From an uncultured archaeon (GTDB lineage: Archaea; EX4484-52; B79-G9): a stretch of DNA of 25,696 bases. The notes under the pieces are model-generated. The model had not been told where the DNA came from. It did not search any database and saw nothing but the letters and a program-made list of their open reading frames with translations. Within the stretch, counting starts at the first letter, position 1, and each line of letters begins with the position of its first letter. This document shows positions 17,960-25,696 of this stretch, one piece after another. The stretch spans positions 1 to 25,696 of the forward strand of contig CBDUVR010000001.1 in the NCBI GenBank assembly GCA_965370705.1, written 5' to 3'. A program made the translations under genes and the position numbers.

Positions 17960-18711
17960 ATGTTATCCTTTTGTTCTTTTTTCGGGGTATACTCAGAGGT
18001 GTCCCAGTTTTTGAGCACCCATGAATAATCTCTTACTATGTCCTTTGTCCATGTCGATGCTTCAGGACTGAAGACATTGACTTTGGATTCCTCTGGCGAA
18101 TAGAACCGGATAAGGGCGTGCTTCATCCATTCTTTGTTTACATGTATGCTGTTTGAGCTCTGGCTTGCACGCCATTCTATTTGTTTTACTGCTTCTGTGA
18201 ACCCGTTTGTTACGCCGGGGGTGCGCTGTTCCTGCAGGGAATAATAGCTTGTTATCAGGGGTTTTCTCAGCGCGTTTTGGAGTGTTATGCCTGCAGGGAA
18301 CATCTGCCATTCATGGGTGTGAATAAGGTCTATGTTTCCTTCGTGATGGTAGATGTCTGCTACGACCCTGCCGATTTCCATGTTTAATGTGATTGCCCAT
18401 GTGAGGGGTGAGTATGATTTGACGGCGTTGCCGACGTAGTGGATTTCTGCGCCGCCGATGTTTGAGGTCTGCCCTTCTTTCCAGGGGTCAAAAGATACTA
18501 CGTGCGTGTTTATGCCTCTCTGGACAAGGCCTTCTGCAAGATTCTTGCACTGGAGGGAGATTTGGGTTATGTCTCTTGGGAGGTATTCTGCGGTGATTAT
18601 TACGACGTTTTTTGGCTTTTTCTCGTATGCAACGTCTGAGGGACCTACGCGAAGCTGTTTTAGGATTTTTTCAATTATTTTCTGGTTCATCTGATTTAAT
18701 GTGTTTGGCAT
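17956..18711 (-). CDS. GT4 N-terminal (acceptor) domain-only protein, paralog of the adjacent GT4
   Basis: ITAEYLP, IHTHEWQ and LITSYYSLQEQR parallel TSEYPP, IHAHDWL and LLSTIHSLEEGR. No C-terminal donor domain or EX7E. 4-bp overlap with the downstream gene. Confidence 0.75.
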   Translation of the reverse strand: MPNTLNQMNQKIIEKILKQLRVGPSDVAYEKKPKNVVIITAEYLPRDITQISLQCKNLAEGLVQRGINTHVVSFDPWKEGQTSNIGGAEIHYVGNAVKSYSPLTWAITLNMEIGRVVADIYHHEGNIDLIHTHEWQMFPAGITLQNALRKPLITSYYSLQEQRTPGVTNGFTEAVKQIEWRASQSSNSIHVNKEWMKHALIRFYSPEESKVNVFSPEASTWTKDIVRDYSWVLKNWDTSEYTPKKEQKDNI

Positions 18712-18870
18712 AGAAATTCACGGTTTATCTAATGTATTCCCTTGTAGAATATTTAGTTTGAGAGTTTATAAATGTGTGAGATTGGGAAGTTTGGAAGATG
18801 ATTTTTGCTTGGGTTTGTCTACATCTTTAAATCAATTTATCTGGTAAAAGCAGTGTGTGCTGCCCGGTGT

Positions 18871-19311
18871 TTACCAGTCTCTTTTGATGGTGATGAATTT
18901 GTCCTGCCCGTTCTTTTTGATTTTTTTGAGGTTTTTTAGGTTTGCATCTTTGTGGATGGGTTTCAGGAAGTCAAATTTTTTGCATGTTTGGAATTCTTCG
19001 CATTCAAAGCAGCCGCGAATTTCTTTTTTCTGGCAGCATTTCCTGATTTTGCAGTTCGGGTTTCCACCGCCGTTTATGCATGCTTTTTTGCAGCGCAGCC
19101 TTACCATGCTTCCAAGTACACGGTAGCATGTCTCGTAGTCTTTGAAGTCTTTGAAATATTTCGAGAGCCCTTCTGAGGCGCACTCGAATTTTGATTCTCT
19201 TAGCTTTTTTCTCAGGTCTCTTGCGAGGTCTGCTATTTCGCCCTTGTAGTTGAAGCAGTCGCCGCAGTAGAGTCCGCAGTACGCGATCAGATTTTTGTCA
19301 TTTTTGGTCAT
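18871..19311 (-). CDS. DUF3795-type Cys-rich metal-binding protein
   Basis: IAYCGLYCGDC ... CKIRKCC...GCFECEEFQTC. Confidence 0.85.
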   Translation of the reverse strand: MTKNDKNLIAYCGLYCGDCFNYKGEIADLARDLRKKLRESKFECASEGLSKYFKDFKDYETCYRVLGSMVRLRCKKACINGGGNPNCKIRKCCQKKEIRGCFECEEFQTCKKFDFLKPIHKDANLKNLKKIKKNGQDKFITIKRDW

Positions 19312-19364
19312 TTCAGGTGCCTTCGAATGGTTCTCTTTTTATTTCTTTTATGTTCTAAGTGCTA

Positions 19365-19961
19365 CTATAAGTTAAAAGATTGCTTAACTTTGGGGGCAAC
19401 CAGCATATTCTTTCCCCGACATTCTACTATTTTGAAAAAGCCTGTACTTTCCACAATTTCTCTTGCTATTGACGTTTTCAGATGTCCGGAATCCATGAAG
19501 AGAGTGCCGTCTGGTTTTAGTATTCGGTGAATCTCCTGAAACAGTGCATGGTAGTCGTTAATCATGTGAAACGTGTCAATGAGCAGGATCAGGTCGATAT
19601 TTGAATCTTTAATTCCTGTGTTATAGGAATCGACCAAGATTGTCTCTATATTTGTTAAACCTTGTTCGGATGCTTTCTCTTTTACAGTCCTGATAGCTAA
19701 TGGGTGGATATCTACTGCAAAAACCTTGCCTTTCGGACCAGTTAACTTGCTTATAGGCAGCGTATAGCGTCCGGGTCCGCATCCATAATCGACTACAGTC
19801 ATCCCTTCTTTTAATGGAATCTTTTTCAAATGTCGTTGCGGGTTCCAGATGAAATCTGTGAGTTTATAAAACAAGAGATTGATATTATAAACAAAATCAG
19901 GCTCTGGTTTAAGTTTGGTCTCCATAATCCTAATCAGATTTTGAATTTCTTGCAAAATCAT
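19365..19961 (-). CDS. Class I SAM-dependent methyltransferase
   Basis: VVDYGCGPGRY, VFAVDI and EIHRILKPDG. The start may be ATG 19925. Confidence 0.9.
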   Translation of the reverse strand: MILQEIQNLIRIMETKLKPEPDFVYNINLLFYKLTDFIWNPQRHLKKIPLKEGMTVVDYGCGPGRYTLPISKLTGPKGKVFAVDIHPLAIRTVKEKASEQGLTNIETILVDSYNTGIKDSNIDLILLIDTFHMINDYHALFQEIHRILKPDGTLFMDSGHLKTSIAREIVESTGFFKIVECRGKNMLVAPKVKQSFNL

Positions 19962-20037
19962 GACAATTTATGTCAAGCTTTTCCATCATCAGTATATATA
20001 TGATGAAAAACTCAGCCAAAAGGCAACCAGAAGCAAT

Positions 20038-21870
20038 TTACCTGACTTTTTTCAGGGCTTTGTTGTGCGCTATAATATAATTTTTCGCAAGGTTCTTCCA
20101 GTCTGCAAGTTTTGAGAGTCTTTTGGCATGATATTTTCTTGAGATCATCTCGCTTTTGTCTAATTTCACAACTTCCAGAAGCATGTTTTTCAAATCATCA
20201 GTGGTTTCTTCATATTTCTTTGTGCTCCTGTTGAGGATGTATATCCCGGGATTTGCATGGGTCTTTACTTCTTTTTCCATGAATTTTCCGTAGCCGGATA
20301 CGTCTGTTGTTATTGTGAGGGCGCCGTTTGATATGACTTCAAGGGGTGTGTAGCCCCATGGCTCATACAGTGACGGGAACACCCCGAGGCTGCAGCCGAT
20401 TGCAAATGAATTGTAGCTGAGGGAGAGCATCCTGTCTGAATTTGAAAGGTATGCAGGGTAGAATATTATCTTCACCCTGTCTTCTTCCCTGTTCAGAAGG
20501 CTGTTTTCTTTAAGCATCCTGATTATTATGTCAGAGCCCTGATCATGCAGTTCGAATGCGCACAGGGGCGCGCTGCCACCGTTTCTTGATTTGAAGGATG
20601 CCGCGAGTTTTCTGATGTCTATTTTCTGGTATTCTGTAAGATAATCTGAGAGCTTTATGTCTGTGTTTCCGGATGTGAGTGAGTCTACTATGTTTGCGCT
20701 GATGTCTACAGAAAGGTCATCCACGTATTCTTTTATGCCGGAGAACAGGGATATGTTTTCAAGAACCTCGTGGTTCTCGCTTTTTGTGTTTGCAGGTATT
20801 AGTATGAACGCGAATACGTCAGTGTTATCCTTTTTTTCTTTGAGTTCATTGTTCAGTTTCCCGAGACTCTGGATGAACATGTCTATGCCTTTGTTGCGGA
20901 CCTCGTACCTGCCGGAGATGAACATGATTCTCGGGTCTATCAGGTTGATTTCGTAATATGGCTTGAAGTAGCCTGAAAGGAAATCCATTATCTTTTCCTT
21001 GTATTTGCGGTGGAGATAGATGCATTCCTCCATTGACGGGTATTTCCCGAGATTGAGGCCGTTTGGAAGTATGACGTCCGGCTTTTTTGAGAGTATATAT
21101 TCTGCTTCCCTCCCGGTTGTCTCTGATACTGTTGTGAAGGTGTCACATGCTTTTGCGCATGCGCATTCTGTCTGGTGCTTTGCTTCGACATTGTATTCGT
21201 AGGCTTTTTTCGGGTCTACTACCCTGCCGCTGTTCAGCCCGGTTTCTATTTCATTAAGCAGGTTATCGCTGTAGCTTGCCATGGTCCTGCCGAGCATTGT
21301 GGCGTGCGTGGTAAAGACTGTTGCAATTTTTGATTTTTTTGATTTTAGGTAGAGAAGAGCTACTCCTGCCATCCATTCGTGAAACTGGGCTACGACATTC
21401 TTAAGGCGCAGGTCTTTTTCCAGGTTTTCCAGAAGGATTCCTGCTGCATATGACCAGACTACCGGGTCCCCAAACCAGGAATCAGAGCGGATCGAGTCTA
21501 TTTTGTGATTCATCCATAATTCTTTCTTGATGTCATTCAGGTGGTCTCTGTACCCGTCGATGTCCAGCAGTATGCAGTTTGGCCTGGCTCTCGCGGAGGT
21601 CCAGATGCCAAAATGGCATATAATGCCCTTGCTTTTTAGCTTTTTAAATGTCGGCTTTAGTATTTTTGACTCTTTTTCCTCGAATTCAACTTTTGCCTTA
21701 TCAGGATTGTAGATGCCGATTGTATAGTACTTATCACCATAATGCTTTGCCATCTGCTCTGACTTGCTGTGAATTACGGTGTAGATGCCGCCGACTTTGT
21801 TTGCAACTTCATATGACACTTCAAAAAGATACTCTCCTTTGGCTGATATGTCATTCATGAGCTTTAACAC
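20038..21870 (-). CDS. GT3-family glycogen synthase (eukaryote/Bacteroidota-type)
   Basis: FEVSYEVANKVGGIYTVI, FHEWMAG, FTTHATMLGR, SGRYEVRNKGIDMF and GVFPSLYEPWGYTPLE. Confidence 0.92.
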   Translation of the reverse strand: MLKLMNDISAKGEYLFEVSYEVANKVGGIYTVIHSKSEQMAKHYGDKYYTIGIYNPDKAKVEFEEKESKILKPTFKKLKSKGIICHFGIWTSARARPNCILLDIDGYRDHLNDIKKELWMNHKIDSIRSDSWFGDPVVWSYAAGILLENLEKDLRLKNVVAQFHEWMAGVALLYLKSKKSKIATVFTTHATMLGRTMASYSDNLLNEIETGLNSGRVVDPKKAYEYNVEAKHQTECACAKACDTFTTVSETTGREAEYILSKKPDVILPNGLNLGKYPSMEECIYLHRKYKEKIMDFLSGYFKPYYEINLIDPRIMFISGRYEVRNKGIDMFIQSLGKLNNELKEKKDNTDVFAFILIPANTKSENHEVLENISLFSGIKEYVDDLSVDISANIVDSLTSGNTDIKLSDYLTEYQKIDIRKLAASFKSRNGGSAPLCAFELHDQGSDIIIRMLKENSLLNREEDRVKIIFYPAYLSNSDRMLSLSYNSFAIGCSLGVFPSLYEPWGYTPLEVISNGALTITTDVSGYGKFMEKEVKTHANPGIYILNRSTKKYEETTDDLKNMLLEVVKLDKSEMISRKYHAKRLSKLADWKNLAKNYIIAHNKALKKVR

Positions 21871-21980
21871 CTTTTTTTACGGAATATTTTTTTCACTATA
21901 GAATCGTCTTTATCTCAAATCAAGCTGTTTTAGGACTCTAACGTGATAATCCTGCGGATATAACCCCTCTTTTAGTTAGA

Positions 21981-21988
21981 TATATATA
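21981..21988. promoter_or_regulatory. Palindromic TATA-like box in the divergent glycogen synthase/debranching enzyme intergenic region
   Basis: TATATATA inside a 172-bp divergent spacer. No clear BRE assigned. Confidence 0.3.
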
Positions 21989-22042
21989 CATCTTCGTTTA
22001 AATAGTTTTAGTGAATGTTTCTGATATTCGTCAGGCGATTTT

Positions 22043-24103
22043 ATGTTAAGCTGGACTGTTGATAGTAAGGATCTTGGAGCGAAAGAGTATAATGCTTCTG
22101 GTTTGCATTCCTTTATTAACCGCTTTGCAGATGGGGGATTTAAAACGAAATGGTGTGGTGTGTGGGTTCCGCCAATCAAGGTGTTTGAGTATTTTGCCTA
22201 TAGAATAAACGGGACCTGGCTTTCTTCAGAAAATTGTTCAAAGTGCGTTGTAAAACCGTGGGGGGTTAAGCATTATTTTTCCAGTGATGATCTTGATGTG
22301 ACTGAAATTGTTTTTGCGCCTGATGATTATCCATCGGTGATATCTGTAATTTATCTGAAGAACAGGACCACGAGAGAAAAAAAGGTGCGCATTGACCTTG
22401 AAGCAGCAGTCAATTTGAGATACAAGCAGGAGAATGTTCATGGCAGGAAATACGAGGCAGTATTTAATGAACTTAGGAGGTCTGTGTCAGTTGGATCGGA
22501 TGCGGGGCGATGTATGTTCGGTGTTGGTAAAACAGAAAAAAATGTTGATGTTGCAAGCAGCCTTTGCCGGAAGTATAAGAATCATTCTCCTGGTTCGCCG
22601 CAGTGCTGCTTTATTCCTTCTGAATATACTGTTAGTTTTAAACTTGGACCTCACGAGGAGATAAAAGTACCGTTTGTGTATTGCGGGAGCGGTAAAGAGA
22701 GTGGCATGCTGATTGATATATACGATAAATGCATGCAGAACTGGGACCGGCTCCTGGCTTCAAAAGTGAAGAGGTCTGTGAAAAGATATCATGACCATGA
22801 TATTAATACTCCGTGGGACCGGCTGGATAAGGCGTATATCTGGGCACAGTACAGCCTTTTTGGACTTGTGAATAAATCGGATCTGGGTTTGGGTATTTTT
22901 GCCGGGTACCCGTGGTTTCTTGAGTTCTGGGGAAGGGATGTCTTCTGGAGCCTGCTCGGGCTTGTTGATATGGGTGAGTTTGAATCTGCAAGGAAGATAT
23001 TTGTGACGATGGCAAAATTCCAGAAGAAGAGGATGCCATGTATTGTTCACCCGGACGGAAGGACTGAGTATCATGGCGCCGATGTTGACCCGCTGTTTTT
23101 GATTGCACTACAGGATTATGAGAAAAAGAGCGGTGATTTGACGCTCAAAAAAGAACTTAACGGAGTGATAAAGAAAGTGCTTAAGAACCTGGAGGTGATG
23201 GATTATGTTGTTGCCCATGAGCCTTCTGAGACATGGATGGATTCTATTGAGAGGCGCGGGAGTGCAGTTGAAGTACAGGCGATGTGGAGCGAAGCGTTAA
23301 AGACAATTGAGCCTAAACTCTCGATGAAGATGAATAAGAGACTGAATCAAAGATTCTGGAATCATGAGAAGAAGATATATTATGATTCGTATTCAAAGCT
23401 GCCTGACCCTGAGGTGACTGCTAACGGGCTGGTGCCGGTATTTTTCGGCCTGACTCCGGATACAAAGGCGGAGTCTGTGCTGAAGATTGCGGAAAAAGAG
23501 TTGAAGAGCCTTTATGGCATCAGGACCAGATCAAAAATGAGCAGGAATTATAGCCCGTCAGGATATCATACGGGGTCCTGCTGGGGGCTTACGACAGGGT
23601 GGGGTGCCGCGGCTTTTTTGAGGTATGGCATGATTCACGATGGGTTGAACTGTCTTGATGATTTCGCGTATGACTGCGAAAAGTTCCAGCCGGGAGCGCT
23701 ATCGGAAGTCGTGGATGCTGAGACTGGAAAGCTACTTGGTGCAACTGACCAGGCATGGTCTTCTTCGCTTTTTATTTATGCTGTTGATGATTTTCTTTTT
23801 GGCATCAGGCCGGAGATGCAGAAGAAAGTTATTGTAATCGAGCCGAAGGTTTCTGATTACTGGGGGCATATGTATAGACACGGCAAAATCGTGGGAAATG
23901 ATATATTTGATATGAAAATCGAGAGGACATCTTCGGGCATTGAAGTAAGAGTTGATTTTGGACAAAAGCCCAAAAGCCTTGCCTGTGAGCTGATTTTGCC
24001 TGAATGGATTAAACATGTTCAACATGAAGGAAAAAAGGTTTCTGGCAGGAAGATTAGGTTCACTTTTAAAAGGGAGAATATTGTTGCCGGGTCCAGTGAG
24101 TGA
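22043..24103 (+). CDS. Amylo-alpha-1,6-glucosidase / glycogen debranching enzyme (GDE_C-type alpha6/alpha6 barrel)
   Basis: AGYPWF..FWGRD, TWMDS, AVEVQAMW, YHTGSCWG and LSEVVD...QAWS. Divergent from glycogen synthase. Confidence 0.85.
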   Translation: MLSWTVDSKDLGAKEYNASGLHSFINRFADGGFKTKWCGVWVPPIKVFEYFAYRINGTWLSSENCSKCVVKPWGVKHYFSSDDLDVTEIVFAPDDYPSVISVIYLKNRTTREKKVRIDLEAAVNLRYKQENVHGRKYEAVFNELRRSVSVGSDAGRCMFGVGKTEKNVDVASSLCRKYKNHSPGSPQCCFIPSEYTVSFKLGPHEEIKVPFVYCGSGKESGMLIDIYDKCMQNWDRLLASKVKRSVKRYHDHDINTPWDRLDKAYIWAQYSLFGLVNKSDLGLGIFAGYPWFLEFWGRDVFWSLLGLVDMGEFESARKIFVTMAKFQKKRMPCIVHPDGRTEYHGADVDPLFLIALQDYEKKSGDLTLKKELNGVIKKVLKNLEVMDYVVAHEPSETWMDSIERRGSAVEVQAMWSEALKTIEPKLSMKMNKRLNQRFWNHEKKIYYDSYSKLPDPEVTANGLVPVFFGLTPDTKAESVLKIAEKELKSLYGIRTRSKMSRNYSPSGYHTGSCWGLTTGWGAAAFLRYGMIHDGLNCLDDFAYDCEKFQPGALSEVVDAETGKLLGATDQAWSSSLFIYAVDDFLFGIRPEMQKKVIVIEPKVSDYWGHMYRHGKIVGNDIFDMKIERTSSGIEVRVDFGQKPKSLACELILPEWIKHVQHEGKKVSGRKIRFTFKRENIVAGSSE

Positions 24104-24238
24104 CGTATATTGTCGTCAGATAAGTAGGTGAAATCATCTCCTGCATAAGCATAGATCATGTCACCTCCTTGTCATCATCAGACATCTGCCTGCATTGTTC
24201 TTTTATCAGAATTATTAAATACTTTTGTTTGCCTGCGT

Positions 24239-24661
24239 CTATGTGACTCCTGTGATATTCACACCATAGTCTATAGCTTCGACGCATATCTTATGTGTAC
24301 CGGATGTCGCTGGCAGGCTGCCTGTGACATTGAAGTCCACCATCGCAGGTATATCGTTCGGTAATGATTTATAGTTTAGTGTTATGATTATCGTCTGGTG
24401 TGAAACGTTGGTCCCCATTATGTTCCCGGGAAATTTAACTTTTCTTGTCATTCTTGCAGGCGGGCCCTGCGCATAAACAATTTGTGACATCTCTTTTATC
24501 TGGTCCACAGCGTCCTGTGCAATTACATTCTCTGAAGTGTGTTTCAGGTCCACTAAAGCGTTGTTCCCTATCAGCATTATGGGCGTCAAAAGGAGTAGTG
24601 AAATGCCAATCACTATGAGATATTCTGTTGAAGCTTGTCCGTTCTTTTTTAATTTTTGCAT
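24239..24661 (-). CDS. Archaeal type IV pilin-like protein (class III signal peptide)
   Basis: MQKLKKNG|QASTEYLIVIGISLLLL has a basic tail, G|Q cleavage site, +5 Glu and a hydrophobic helix. Confidence 0.88.
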   Translation of the reverse strand: MQKLKKNGQASTEYLIVIGISLLLLTPIMLIGNNALVDLKHTSENVIAQDAVDQIKEMSQIVYAQGPPARMTRKVKFPGNIMGTNVSHQTIIITLNYKSLPNDIPAMVDFNVTGSLPATSGTHKICVEAIDYGVNITGVT

Positions 24662-24744
24662 GTATATATTTCTTATATAAAACTACTTTATATTATTATA
24701 TGTATAATTATAATAATTGCTGATTTGTTCGGAAGGTGAAATGT

Positions 24745-25497
24745 TTGGCGCAATGGAAAGAAGCTATGCTGGAGACAGGTATTGACCAAATGCTCGAAAT
24801 TGTGTCAGAAAGGAAAACTATCTCCGCCAGTGAACTTTCAAAGGAACTGTCTGTCCCTGTCGAGACTATTGAGACGTGGGCTGAAATATTGAGCAAAGAA
24901 AACATAATCTCAGTAGAATATAATCGTCTTGGGAAACTCATAATTACCAATAAGATAAAAAACGTAAAAGAGAAAAAAAAGCGTGTTGAGGGGCTGAGAG
25001 ATGATATAGACAGCGAAATCGCCGGTATTGAACAGAATGTCAAAGAAGAATCAAAAATGGTGGATGAAGAACATAAATCCATCGCAAAGTTTGAGGAAGT
25101 GATTAAAAGAGAATACGGTGAGTCACTGAGTCTTGAAAGCAGGTTAAAAGAAATCGACGTGCGTGAAGAGCATTTGAAAAACTTTCTCACGGTAATTGCA
25201 GATGAAGAATCCAAGATTAAAAAAGAGTATATTTCAGCTAATCAGATTATCGAAAATAAAATGAAACAAATAAAAAAAACAGAAGAGAACTTAAAGTCCT
25301 ACGAGATACAGAAGGATAGGTTATTTAAAGATATTGAAATCATAAAAAGACTCTCAAAGGCGATTAATAAAGAGCATCCTGCTGATATGGCAGTCAAGAT
25401 TGAAGAAATTGAGAAAGATATCCTGGAGATTAGAAAACAAAGCAGATCTCTTGACAAGAAATACGGTGTTATCAGAAAGCTGATAACTAAAATATGA
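24745..25497 (+). CDS. N-terminal winged HTH-like domain plus coiled-coil hypothetical protein
   Basis: TGIDQMLEIVSERKTISASELSKELSVPVETIETWAEILSKENIISVEY is wHTH-like and is followed by E/K heptads. GGTGA (24735-24739) plus 5 nt points to TTG 24745; ATG 24766 is an alternative. Confidence 0.75.
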   Translation: MAQWKEAMLETGIDQMLEIVSERKTISASELSKELSVPVETIETWAEILSKENIISVEYNRLGKLIITNKIKNVKEKKKRVEGLRDDIDSEIAGIEQNVKEESKMVDEEHKSIAKFEEVIKREYGESLSLESRLKEIDVREEHLKNFLTVIADEESKIKKEYISANQIIENKMKQIKKTEENLKSYEIQKDRLFKDIEIIKRLSKAINKEHPADMAVKIEEIEKDILEIRKQSRSLDKKYGVIRKLITKI

Positions 25498-25509
25498 TGG
25501 GTGAACAAT

Positions 25510-25602
25510 GTGCCTTGCGGCAAAAAAAGAAAATCTTCAAAGATGAGAAGACATAAACTAAAGAAAAAGAGTAAAAAGATGAGGCATAGGAAGAAAAGAT
25601 AG
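25510..25602 (+). CDS. 30-aa basic protein resembling ribosomal protein bS22/mS38 (AURKAIP1/COX24 domain)
   Basis: Manual translation GTG...TAG gives MPCGKKRKSSKMRRHKLKKKSKKMRHRKKR. GGTGA SD at 25500-25504 with a 5-nt spacer, and a T5 tract after the stop. Gap-free MPxG(K/R)KRKxxKxxxHKxKKxxxxxRHxK pattern. Below the ORF track cutoff. Confidence 0.8.
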   Translation: MPCGKKRKSSKMRRHKLKKKSKKMRHRKKR

Positions 25603-25607
25603 TTTTT
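25603..25607 (+). terminator. Possible oligo-T terminator
   Basis: TTTTT immediately after the TAG of the small basic ORF; archaeal intrinsic terminators are oligo-T. Confidence 0.3.
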
Positions 25608-25696
25608 CGCTGTAGTTAAGTAAAGATGATTCTGTTCTAAGTTTGTTTCTGATGTTTTGTCGATAAGAAGTAATTCTTCGAAACAGGTTATATCTA

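Noticed and set aside
8400-24100. Plus-strand G/T richness versus A/C richness at 1-3400 as a replication origin or terminus signal
   Set aside because: The pattern is patchy within genes, no cdc6/ORB elements were seen, and whole-genome cumulative skew would be needed.
190-24364. Numerous 60-170 aa ORFs nested in or antisense to the long genes (e.g. 9362-9865, 14536-15015, 6206-6637)
   Set aside because: They overlap well-supported CDSs, lack family motifs and show shadow-ORF composition.
24693-24716. TTATTATA/TATAATAA inverted repeat between the pilin and wHTH genes
   Set aside because: Almost pure A/T promoter DNA, where such palindromes arise readily by chance.
25299-25696. Long open minus-strand frame rich in F/L/I (includes the 74-aa track ORF)
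   Set aside because: It is the antisense shadow of K/E/R-rich plus-strand genes, with no SD or recognisable motif. A real gene entering from the right edge cannot be excluded.

Overview
Archaeal window, probably from a DPANN-type lineage (inference from class III prepilin signal peptides, GGTGA/GGAGGTG Shine-Dalgarno sites, TATA-like intergenic tracts and many small-genome hypotheticals). From left to right it contains: the 3' end of a type IV pilus accessory operon (vWA/jelly-roll adhesin, pilin-like protein); a coiled-coil protein with a 279-bp internal repeat; a tightly coupled six-gene glycan operon (UDP-HexNAc dehydrogenase, processive GT2, SDR epimerase, LmbE/PIG-L deacetylase, a 547-aa BshC-like putative ligase, SAM methyltransferase); a TPR protein; a tandem paralog pair; a mosaic endonuclease IV/xylose isomerase-like TIM-barrel gene followed by a cryptic second copy of its own C-terminal tail; a glycogen cluster (GT4, an N-domain-only GT4, GT3 glycogen synthase, debranching enzyme) interrupted by DUF3795 and a methyltransferase; a pilin; and a wHTH/coiled-coil gene. 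That last gene is followed by an uncalled 30-aa basic ORF that looks like bacterial/mitochondrial ribosomal protein bS22/mS38. No CRISPR array, tRNA, rRNA or transposase was seen. Family assignments come from motif recall, not database searches.
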